This document shows positions 1 through 9,400 of a stretch of 64,000 nucleotides of DNA, one piece after another; the first letter of the stretch is position 1, and the number at the start of each line of letters is the position of its first letter. The DNA comes from Candidatus Obscuribacteraceae bacterium. GTDB taxonomy: Bacteria > Cyanobacteriota > Vampirovibrionia > Obscuribacterales > Obscuribacteraceae. The stretch covers positions 288,001 to 352,000 of the forward strand of contig JBGAHS010000009.1 of the NCBI GenBank assembly GCA_044226015.1, in the 5' to 3' direction. The position numbers and the translations under genes are program-made. Under the pieces are notes generated by a model. It saw only the letters and a program-made list of their open reading frames with translations, was not told where the DNA came from and searched no databases.

Positions 1-1
1 A

Positions 2-3000
2 GTACACGGTTTCAGAAACACGTTTGTTATTCTCTGAGTATTGTGTGTCTACAATAGGCGCTGCAGCATCAGTTTGTTGAGCGGTTTCAGTACTGACATC
101 CTTCGCCATGTCTTTCGAAGGCGAGGCATCAATCACATTTGCGTTGCTTTCCTGCTTAGCCATGTCCGGGGCTTTACTGGAATCAGCGACTCCTTCAACT
201 GCATCTTTTGCCAGGTTTTCGTTAGATGCTGTTGCCGCTCCTGCAATTCTGTTTGCATCACCGAGAGACATTGCTTTGTCTACACTTTCAGCAACAGCGT
301 TTTTGTTATTTTCTGGTTGCTTAGAATCACCGGCTCCGGCTTCTGACTTCGTCGCGTCGGTGCCCTTCGAGCCACCAACGGAAGAGGCTTCTGCCTTCGG
401 CGCTTGGTCAGCTGTACTTGCTGGTGTCGCCTGGTCTTTGTTTTCCTGTTCTGGTTTTGGAAGGGCAAAGGCTTTGTTTTGAACGTCAGGGCTAACTGCG
501 TTGCCAAAGATATCTTTGCTCGGGTCGGCGCCGGATCCGCTTAGTGACTTGCCACCGCCTACGGAGTCAATTTCTTCTTGAGATAGAGGTTTGACTTTCA
601 TCATGCCTGAAGGGGAAGTAACGGCTTTGCCATCAGCTGAGAAAGAAGTTGTGAACTGCCCTGTAAAAGACTGTTCTCCCGGCGTCAAATTGGAAGCTTC
701 AGATATTGGAATGAAGTGGTTCTGACCTTCGATATTACGAATAACGCAGGTTTCTGTCCCTTTGTCTTCATTGTTCGATTGAATAGTTGTTCTTGCAAGA
801 GAGCCTTGCTTGTTGGGGTTCTTAGTGTTTGTAATGTCGCGAGACATGGTGGCTTCAGCAGATGTGGCACCTTGCTTTGGATATGGACCACCGTTACTCA
901 ATAAGTTCATTGCTGCTTGCGAACTCATCATTTTCTCTTCGGCTGCCTTGTCGTCGCCAGCGTAAAGTTGCTGATGCGGAGAACCATCTAGACCGGTAGG
1001 TTTGCTTGCAGTGGATTTCTCCAAGCCCATCATGTTCTTTTCTGCAATAGATTTGTTTGCATTCGCATTGGCAGCAGTCGAACTGGACTGAGCTTGCGCA
1101 GCCAGTGCTGCATTCGCCATGTCTGCGGCTGCTGCTGCGAAACGTTGCTCATTCGCCTTGGCACTGCTGTTTGTGTCGGACGTTCCGTCGTTTTCTCGAC
1201 CGGCTATGCTCTTCTCTTTGCCCTCGCCACTGGCAGTTTTCGCATCAGCTTGATTGCTATTCTCAGCATGTGGCACTACAACTGCATTGCCAGAACCATC
1301 TGTGCTGGCTTTCCCAGCGCCTTCTACGCTTGCTTTTCCAGCTTCATTTCTTGTTGGGTCCGCTGCTGAATTTTGCAGCTCTGCGAAGGCGCTCTTTTCT
1401 TGCTTTTCTGCTGCTGGTTTCTCTGCGGATTCGGAGTCGCCACCATGCCTAGTTTTACTTGCTTCCTCAGCTCTCTGCAGCTCATTCTGTGTATCAGCTT
1501 TTTCTGGATGCTTCTGCTGCTCTGTTTGAGTTGCGTCTTTTTCGCTCTTCTCGACTTTGTCGAGGTTCTCAGCTTTTGGAGTGAAATCAGATTGCTCTTT
1601 TCTCTTTTCGTTATCTCCGCCATCTAGTTCGTTCTTCGCATCCGCTGAATTCTTAGGGTTTGTCTGATCTTCTACCTGTGATTTTTCAACTGAGGCGTCT
1701 GACTTGCTGCCTTGTGGTTCGCCACTGGACCTCGAAAAAATTTCTGTACTTTCGCTTGCGCGCTCTGCGACACCTGAACCTTCGCTGTGGCTAGCGTTAG
1801 TTTCGTTTCCGCCACCCGAGTGCGTGTCTTCGTGATACATCGCACTTGTTTCAGTAGCACCGGCCACAGCATTCGACTGAACGAATGATTCTGGTCTAAG
1901 TTCACCTGTGGCTTCAGTTGTTCCTTTCTCAGTGTTGACTCCTTCTTTGGCTGCCTCGGCACCTGCTGCAGCGGCTGCTTTCGCGCCGCTGTTTTCAGCA
2001 AACTCGACTTTTGAACCACCTTGACCGTCGTAGGTGATTTTGTCTCCATTAGCAAGGGTCGTGCTTTCAACTGAACCGTCTTTGTTGAAGTTGACAGTCG
2101 CACCCCCATCAGTTGGAGACATTTGTACGCTTGATACGTTGCCGTCAGTGTCAAAGTTGACTTTGCTTCCATCAGCGTTTTCAACACTAGTTGGGCGACC
2201 TTCGGTGTCGAAGTTTGTAGTGCTACCGCCTTCGCTTGGAGAGTTCGTAATGCTGGAGATTCTTCCCTGGTCGTCGTATCTGGCTTCGCCACCGTCTGCC
2301 GTTTTGATGCTAGAAATGTTGCCGGTTTCTGGATTGTAGTTGACAGTTCCGCCACCATCTTCAGGGGCGTTTGTCACGCTTTCGACTCTACCCTTATCGT
2401 CGTAACGAACTTCGGCACCATTTTGCATCTGAACACTGGTGGGATTGCCAGTTTCAGGGTTGAAATTGATTCTAGAGCCGCCATCTTCTGGGGAAAGTGT
2501 GACGCTGGTAACTCGTCCCTGGTCGTCAAGTCCAACCTTACTTCCATCGTCCAATTGTACGTCCGATGGCTTGCCAGTATTGGTGTCGTAGTTAACCGTG
2601 TCGCCGCCGTCCTTCGGGGCGTTCTGAACGCTGCTCACGTTGTCATTCTGGTCGTAGGTTACCTTGCCACCAGCTTCAGTTTCCACCTGCTCGACGTGTC
2701 TGTCGGCTCCATAAGTGACAGTGCCACCGCCATCATCAACTGAATTTTTCACTTGATTGAGTTGACCGTTGACGAATGTGGCTTCCGCACCATTATCGAG
2801 CGTGGTCTTTGTAATTTCACCATTCTTCAGTTCTACTTTGCCACCACCATCTTCAACGGAATTCTGAATCAGGCTTTCTTTTCCTTCGTTGTCATAAGTC
2901 ACATGGCCGCCATTAGCAGTTGTGACGTCTGCAACTTTTCCGTCCTGATAATTGACGACACTGTTGTCTGGGTTGGTTGTTTTGACAGGATTGTCGTTAC

Positions 3001-6000
3001 CGTCGTATTCGACCTTACCGCCATTGGCAGTGGTTTGCGAAACCACCTTGTTCTGGTCATCGAACTCTGTTACTGCACCGTTTGTCTTATTGGTGAGTGT
3101 TGATTCTCCGTTGGTACCGAATTGCAGTCGTGAATTTTGAGATTCAATGGACAGCAATTTGCCAGCTTCATTTCTTTCAACTTTGAGGTGCCCGAGTTCT
3201 GCTGCGTCACCCTCAGCTATTGTTTTTCCACTCTTATCTTGAGTGAATGTGGTGCCGTCCGCGTTGTAATACTCTTTGTGACCCTTACCATCCATGTAGA
3301 CCATGCTTGAGTCTGCATTGATTACGGTTCTTTCCTTTGGTTCTTTGGAGCCGTTTTCAAAGACAACTGAGCCGTCTTTGTTCTCGACCATTGTTGTGTC
3401 GCCGTATTTGGATACCGTGGTGCCGTCTGGGTTTACAGTTTCCGTCGGTTTTCCATCACTGCCGTATGTCGTGGATGACGGTTTGCCGCTTTCGCCGACA
3501 TCCCATGAGTTCACAACCTTTGTTGTGTTGTTGTTCTTGTCGGTTGTGATGGTCGAAGCATCATAAGTCGTAACGACCTTTTCGTTCTTGTTTTCCTTAA
3601 CAGAACTACCATCTTCATTTACTGTTTTGGTATCACTGCCGTCCTTGTTTGTTGTGAAGGACCCTTTGTTATCGGCGAGAGTGTATGTTGTGGTGCCGTC
3701 AGGATTCTCGGTCTTAGCACCAGATTTTAAGGCTGCCTCTCTTGTCGCGGCAGCTTTCTTTTCAGCATCAGCACCATCTTGTTTTGTTAAATCAGAGAAT
3801 TGATTGGTGAGATTGGCACTGAGTCTAGTATCAATTGTTTGCTCAAGTGTTTTTGCGTGTTTTTCGTCAGTGATGTTGGCTGCATCTTTGACTTTCAGGT
3901 AGAGTGCATCGCCCTTCGGTATAAGTTCCTGGCGCTGCTTTTGTGCATCATGACGCAGGTTGGCTGCGTCGTTCTGCGTGGTAACTGCGAGCGACTGAGC
4001 TTCTCTGCCTTCAACGGCCGTTTTATCCAGCGCTACTTTGTTGGTCTTATCAACCGCGGGAACTGTCTTATCGGTTGCTACCTTTCTAACATCACTAGCG
4101 TCACCCTTGGTGGTGTCAGCTGCCTTAACAGCGTCAAGACCCTCTACTTTCTTGTCGTTCGAAACAACTACTTCATCCCTCGCTGCAGCCTCCGTTTTTG
4201 GAGCTTGCTCTGCAACTTCGGTTGCTGCTTTAAGAGTTGCTTCGTTGTGTTCTAAATTCTTAAGCGCAGTTTCTTTCGGGGCATCCGCTTTCGCTATTTG
4301 ATCGGCTGCGTTCTTGATTGCTTTGTCTTCGAGCTGTTTGTCTGGTGCTGTTTCCTTACCCAGCTCTTCTGGCTTCTTGTTCAGGTCTTCTGGTTTAGCT
4401 GATTCTTGCTTAGCGGTTGCGTCCAGGTTATTTTGAGTCTGTCCATCTTTTGAACCGTCAACAGATGTTTTTGCTGTGTCTGTAAGCTTCGCGTCAGCTG
4501 CCATTCCATCTGCATTTTTCTGATTTTCTGTACCATCGGCGGATTTTCTGGCTGCCTCGGTTTGTTTAGTGTCAGCAACCGTGCCATCAGGGTTCAGATT
4601 TGTCGTTGTGTTATCTAACGAGCCATCGGCAGATTTCTTTGCCGCGTCGGTTTGTTTTGCGTCAGCAACGGTTCCGTCTGGGTTAAACTTCCCAGTCGTG
4701 CTAACGTTCGCCCCATCGTTGCCCGACTCTCCATTCTGTGCCTTAGCCTTTTCTGCTTCGGCTTTTTGGGCTTCCGCTTTCTGAGCTTCAGTTTCTGCTG
4801 CAGCTTCGTTCTCGTCAGACTTTTGCTCTTTTGTTTCCTCTGTTTTCTTTCCGTCGACCGGCTTGCCTGAAGCATCTGCAGCCTGAGATTCTTGATCTTT
4901 GTTCTGCTGATCTTGAACTTTGGCGTCAGCTTTTCCCGCGTCTTGCCCCGGGCGATGTTGTATGACAGTGCCACCAGCTATCGTCGAGTCGTCTGCACCT
5001 GCTTGCTTTTGCTCAGCGGCTTTCTTGTTTTCTTCCTCTGACTTCTTATCTTTGGCTTCTTTACCAGTTTCACCTGGTTTTTGTTCTGCCTCCGTTATGT
5101 CCTTGTCTTTGTTCTTGGCTTGACCTGGTTTATCTTTGTTTGCGTCGTCTTTCTGTGCGTCTGTGCTCTTCGGCTCGGTGTCATTGGCGTCAGATTCATT
5201 CTTTTCGTTTTTCTTGCCTTCGGCTTTAGCTAGAGCTTTGTCTTTGTTTTGACCGGACTTGTCGGCGTCGGTGTCGTTTTGTTCTCCAGCAGCTTCTTCT
5301 GCAGACTTAGCGCTGCTAGGTTTGCCCTTGTCGTTTGATTTTTTTGCATCGACATCGGCATTGTTTGTCTGCCCATCGGTGCTCTGACCTTCGGTTTCTC
5401 CGGATTCTTTGGAGTCTTTCGAATCCTTGCCTTTCTGATTTGCATCTTTGTTTGCAGGGTCTTTGTCGTTGCCTTCTTTGCCAGCTTCGTCTTTCTTTCC
5501 ATCAGCGCCGCTGTTCTTTGCCGGATCTTTATCGCTCTGATTTCCAGATTTGTTTTCCTGGTTTTTGTCCCCTTCTCCAGGATTATTTTCCTGGTTCTTA
5601 CCGTCTTCTGCAGTTTTGTTGTTTTTGTCTTTTCCAGCTTTGTCTGCGGTGGGATCTTCGCCACCTTCAGCAGTTTTGTTTTCGCCGTCTTTGCCTGCTT
5701 CTTTGGATTTCTTGTCACCTTTTGGTTTCTTTCCGTCAATTGCAACGTCTGTCAGACCGGATGCATTCTCGCCACCCTGCATCGGCTTACCGGTGAGGTC
5801 GCCTTTCTCGACCTTTCCAACAATTGACGGAGCTCGACCCTGGTCGATCTTCTCCATCGTCTGGTTGTTTTTGGCTTCGTCGGCGCGAGCGTTGTTAATC
5901 GCTTTGTTATCCTCCGGTTTTATCTCAACCTTCGGAGCTTCTTGCTGTTGCTCTGAATGTTTTTCGGAGGAATCTGGCTTTTTGTTGTCGATTTCATCTG

Positions 6001-6004
6001 CCAT
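2..6004 (-). CDS. Giant (>2001 aa) low-complexity protein with YD/RHS-like beta repeats; 3' end lies beyond the left edge of the window
   Basis: Not in the ORF track because there is no in-window stop. ATG at 6004 (MADEIDNKKPDSSEKHSEQQQEAPKVEIKPED), preceded by AAAGGG. The frame was open in every segment I translated, including the last codons (...DAAAPIVDTQYSENNKRVSETVY). Plus-strand shadow ORFs at 108, 1254, 2034, 3303, 4038, 4569, 4920 and 5550 share the matching antisense frame. About 2000-3710 encodes repeats such as VRYDDKGRVESVTNAPEDGGGTVNYNPETG and ARYDDQGRISSITN. Confidence 0.9.
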   Translation of the reverse strand, partial: MADEIDNKKPDSSEKHSEQQQEAPKVEIKPEDNKAINNARADEAKNNQTMEKIDQGRAPSIVGKVEKGDLTGKPMQGGENASGLTDVAIDGKKPKGDKKSKEAGKDGENKTAEGGEDPTADKAGKDKNNKTAEDGKNQENNPGEGDKNQENKSGNQSDKDPAKNSGADGKKDEAGKEGNDKDPANKDANQKGKDSKDSKESGETEGQSTDGQTNNADVDAKKSNDKGKPSSAKSAEEAAGEQNDTDADKSGQNKDKALAKAEGKKNEKNESDANDTEPKSTDAQKDDANKDKPGQAKNKDKDITEAEQKPGETGKEAKDKKSEEENKKAAEQKQAGADDSTIAGGTVIQHRPGQDAGKADAKVQDQQNKDQESQAADASGKPVDGKKTEETKEQKSDENEAAAETEAQKAEAQKAEAEKAKAQNGESGNDGANVSTTGKFNPDGTVADAKQTDAAKKSADGSLDNTTTNLNPDGTVADTKQTEAARKSADGTENQKNADGMAADAKLTDTAKTSVDGSKDGQTQNNLDATAKQESAKPEDLNKKPEELGKETAPDKQLEDKAIKNAADQIAKADAPKETALKNLEHNEATLKAATEVAEQAPKTEAAARDEVVVSNDKKVEGLDAVKAADTTKGDASDVRKVATDKTVPAVDKTNKVALDKTAVEGREAQSLAVTTQNDAANLRHDAQKQRQELIPKGDALYLKVKDAANITDEKHAKTLEQTIDTRLSANLTNQFSDLTKQDGADAEKKAAATREAALKSGAKTENPDGTTTYTLADNKGSFTTNKDGSDTKTVNEDGSSVKENKNEKVVTTYDASTITTDKNNNTTKVVNSWDVGESGKPSSTTYGSDGKPTETVNPDGTTVSKYGDTTMVENKDGSVVFENGSKEPKERTVINADSSMVYMDGKGHKEYYNADGTTFTQDKSGKTIAEGDAAELGHLKVERNEAGKLLSIESQNSRLQFGTNGESTLTNKTNGAVTEFDDQNKVVSQTTANGGKVEYDGNDNPVKTTNPDNSVVNYQDGKVADVTTANGGHVTYDNEGKESLIQNSVEDGGGKVELKNGEITKTTLDNGAEATFVNGQLNQVKNSVDDGGGTVTYGADRHVEQVETEAGGKVTYDQNDNVSSVQNAPKDGGDTVNYDTNTGKPSDVQLDDGSKVGLDDQGRVTSVTLSPEDGGSRINFNPETGNPTSVQMQNGAEVRYDDKGRVESVTNAPEDGGGTVNYNPETGNISSIKTADGGEARYDDQGRISSITNSPSEGGSTTNFDTEGRPTSVENADGSKVNFDTDGNVSSVQMSPTDGGATVNFNKDGSVESTTLANGDKITYDGQGGSKVEFAENSGAKAAAAAGAEAAKEGVNTEKGTTEATGELRPESFVQSNAVAGATETSAMYHEDTHSGGGNETNASHSEGSGVAERASESTEIFSRSSGEPQGSKSDASVEKSQVEDQTNPKNSADAKNELDGGDNEKRKEQSDFTPKAENLDKVEKSEKDATQTEQQKHPEKADTQNELQRAEEASKTRHGGDSESAEKPAAEKQEKSAFAELQNSAADPTRNEAGKASVEGAGKASTDGSGNAVVVPHAENSNQADAKTASGEGKEKSIAGRENDGTSDTNSSAKANEQRFAAAAADMANAALAAQAQSSSTAANANANKSIAEKNMMGLEKSTASKPTGLDGSPHQQLYAGDDKAAEEKMMSSQAAMNLLSNGGPYPKQGATSAEATMSRDITNTKNPNKQGSLARTTIQSNNEDKGTETCVIRNIEGQNHFIPISEASNLTPGEQSFTGQFTTSFSADGKAVTSPSGMMKVKPLSQEEIDSVGGGKSLSGSGADPSKDIFGNAVSPDVQNKAFALPKPEQENKDQATPASTADQAPKAEASSVGGSKGTDATKSEAGAGDSKQPENNKNAVAESVDKAMSLGDANRIAGAATASNENLAKDAVEGVADSSKAPDMAKQESNANVIDASPSKDMAKDVSTETAQQTDAAAPIVDTQYSENNKRVSETVY

Positions 6005-6248
6005 GACGATTGCCCTTTAGTCTGTGACGAGCGTGCTGATAGCGCTAATATCCGGATTTACCGGTAATTTCGCGGTTTTGGACTTCCATTTGGACTAGTA
6101 AATTCAGAGTTTTGCAGCCTCGAAGTGAGACCGACTCTGAAACCCCTCACGAAGCCATCAGCGGCTCGTGCATGTAGTCCTGAGGCATTTATTCCCGCTA
6201 AGTGGGGTAGCCTGAGGGCGGGGTGCCAGCATAGTTGCCAGCAGGTCA

Positions 6249-6277
6249 ATGGTAAGTTAAAGTATCTCTAATGTCAA
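6249..6277 (-). promoter_or_regulatory. Sigma70-type promoter for the giant YD-repeat gene
   Basis: Minus strand reads TTGACA (6277-6272), a 17-nt spacer, then TACCAT (6254-6249). This implies a ~240-nt 5' leader before the ATG at 6004. Confidence 0.6.
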
Positions 6278-6414
6278 TGAAAAGGCAGGTTAAACGTGGG
6301 TTCCGAAGCTTAGAAAGTTGTGGAATTTCTGTTAGAGCTGACACTGATATACGTCAAATCTGCCTGTTGACAACTCGTGTCCAAGCACTATTTAGTCGAG
6401 AATTAATCTTAAAT

Positions 6415-9400
6415 TTAGGCTGAAACGCTCTGTAAGAAGACCTTTAGATACTTCTGCCAGTTCTTGTTCAGGTCATTGTTCGCCAATTGGCGACATTGGG
6501 CTAAAGGAAGTTGAATACTCTTGGTGTCTTTTGTGCCATCCATCTTATATTCGTGTCTCAAGGAAGAATCTTGCCCCACTTCGTAGAGAACGACAGGCAG
6601 CCAGTACTCATTTCTTCTGTATTCCAGTCGCAGCTTAAATCCTGCTTGTCCATCAGTGTTGTTAAAACTAACCAGTCGGCAGTCATTAGATAGATCCTTG
6701 ATTTGGTTTCTGTTTTCGCGGCTCGTTAAGCGCCGGTCGCCCGACCCTGTATCGTCAGCTAGTTCTTGAGATAGAGGGGAAGAGCTAGGTCCCGATTTTG
6801 GAGTCTGTGCTTCGTCAAAGGTCTGCCGTGTATTTTTTGCTTGGGCGAGGTAGTCTCGTGCGCCAGCAAAAATACGGGAATGGGTTATGTATTGGCTATC
6901 TTCGCTATCATCGACCGCTGGTAGCTCATCTTCTTCTATCCGTTCTGATATCACGGGTGGTGCTAGCTGAATCGGCGCTGAAGATGTTTGACCTGTTTTT
7001 GGCGAGCCATCGAACTCATAGTTGCATGATGCGCAAATTGGCGAGTTAATGCGGCACATCCTTGAGCATTGTGGACATTTCTTTTTGTTTGCCAAATCGG
7101 GCTTCGGCAGTGATAGCGAAATCTTCTTCTGCTTTTCCCTGAACGCCGCTATCTCCTGTGGCAGAGGTAATATGAGGGTTGCACCGCGCTCTAGTTCCGC
7201 AACCGGGTTGCCGCCCATATCTATCTCAGTGGATAGTCCGTTCAACTCTGCAATAAGCTTCCATAGAGTTGCATCCTTGATGGCTGGGTGCCGCATAGCG
7301 ATGCCTCTGAGTGTGTCGCCCAGGCGACAGAGGTACCTGATACGACCGTCGTCGACTTCTTGTTCGGGAAGCTTGCCCAGTGCCGCTTCCACGTTTGCCT
7401 TTCGCTTTTGCTCCGCAATGCTAAACTGTTTTGGAACCGAAGCTGCTTTCGCTGAAGGTTTTTCTTCGAAGTCGAAATCATATTCAAAGTTTTCTTGTTG
7501 AGTTCCAAACCAGCGCGTTTGGAATCGCTTCACTTCCATCTGGCTTGGCAATTGCAAAATCAATTTCGGCTTCAATTGTAAATAACGTTTCTCATCACGA
7601 ACCGTTACGGGAATGCGCGACTTGTTGATTTCGTAAATTAAGACTGCAAGCTTTTTGTTGAACAGTTTCTTCTGTGCAATAGACTCAAGAGTGTCTCCCG
7701 TTGCGACGACATAATTTTGTCGTCGCTCTAAATTCAGAAGGTCTTTTTGAGCTTTAATGCGATTCGCTTCTTCCTGAGCTTGTCTGGCTTTCAGCGCAGC
7801 CAGCATAGCGGCTGCATACCGTTTGGCTTCTTCTTCTCTGAGGCGGTCTTCTTGCTCTTTTCTGTCTTTCTCTGTTTCAAGATCTTTAGCCTTCTGCGTT
7901 CTCATTGCTTGATCGAGATCTTCTAGTTTTTCGACAAGCTGGTTAGGATCGGCTACATTGAGAGCGCTGATTTGCTCTGCAAAACTCGGATTAGAGATAA
8001 CTTCGGCAACCTGTTCACCTAGATTGATAAATGATCCAGCAGAGCTGATTTCGTCCGCTGCACCTGATATGGTGCCTTCGCCGTGCATATTGCCTGTGAC
8101 AAGTCCATTAACTATTTCGCCAGCAATGGGGGAAATCGCTGGAGAATTCTCAGCAATCATCGGAGCCAATGCATCTGCGATCGTGTTGGGCAAGTCTTGC
8201 TTAATGGATGGCGGAATATGGCTGATTGCCTCCTGCACGGAACCGGATAGTGGCGGGGCATCATTTGCTATCGGCAGGTGCGCGCTGGGCGCGTCAAAGT
8301 CAGATCTCTGAATTACGGGATCGATTAGCGGCGCTATGAAGTTTTGAATTTGGAAGCTAGCCTGGCTCGACTGTTCGATTACGTCTATGTGCTTGTCTTC
8401 GCTACGCGAGATAGCATTCTGATCTGCTTCCAGTTGTTTGATTAGGTTCAGATTCGTCGCAATTTGCTCTGCTGAGGTCAGGGGCATGTTCTCCGCTTGA
8501 CCATGCTGTGCTTGCTCGGCTTGATGCCCGCCTTGCGGTATCGCATGCGGTGGCTGATGGCGGAACTGTTCCAGAAGCGACTCTACGATGAACTCACTCG
8601 TTGGATGTTGCGCCTGCTGCGTCGGATGCTGAGACTGCTCGTGCTGAGCAGCATCGGCATCGTCTCTGTGGCTTCGGGTATGCCTTTCCTCTAAATCAGT
8701 TTGCAAGTGGCTACCGTCAGTGCGAGTCGAAGTCTCAGCAGGCTGTGTATTCGGCAGCCCTTGAGATGATGGGCTCTGAGTAGGAGACTGCTCTAATTTG
8801 CCAGGCTCTGTACCCGAATTTGTGCCATGCCCACCCTGGTTCGAGATTGGTATCTCCTGTGGTGGCAAGCTTGTTGGTGGGTGCTCAGGAGGCACTGGCA
8901 TACCAGGCAACGGAGTCTTAGATTCGTCGTTGTGGTTGCTGCTGGTAGCAGGAATATCCGGATTCACCGGTTTCTCGATTGGAATCGGTAAATCTATTGG
9001 TTCATGAGTCTTGTCTTTGTCGATCGGTGTGCTGTCAGGACCCTGCTGTGGATGGTGTTCGCGGTCTGGAAGCGGATGCTCCGGAGGTTTTGGTCGTCCA
9101 TCGGGCTTCGGTACCGTCTGCTCGCCATCGTTTGTCGTTGGACCCGGAGTGGGTGGAGTTCTGTCTGTATCCCTATCGACTGGTCCATGCTGAGGCTGTG
9201 TTTGGGTATCCTTGTCCGTTGGTACATGTGGATCTCTGTCCGTTGGTACACGTGTAGGATGTGTCTGTGTATCCCTGTCCGTCGGTACCTGGGGTGCTTG
9301 TGTCTGTGTATCCCTGTCCGTCGGTACCTGTGGTGGCTGTGTCTGTGTATCCCTGTCCGTTGGTAGATGTGTAGGCTGCGTTTGTGTATCCCTCTCCGTT

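Noticed and set aside
2000..3710. Canonical RHS polymorphic toxin
   Set aside because: I saw no RHS core terminus (PxxxxDPxG), PAAR or VgrG context in the window. The C-terminus is not visible, so this remains open.
41..6020. Numerous short ORFs listed on both strands
   Set aside because: They are antisense or off-frame shadows of the single giant minus-strand ORF 6004 to <2.
6058..6249. 63-aa ORF or known riboswitch in the leader
   Set aside because: The TTG start lies at the predicted -10 element with no RBS. I found no match to c-di-GMP, cobalamin, TPP, SAM or T-box consensus by eye.
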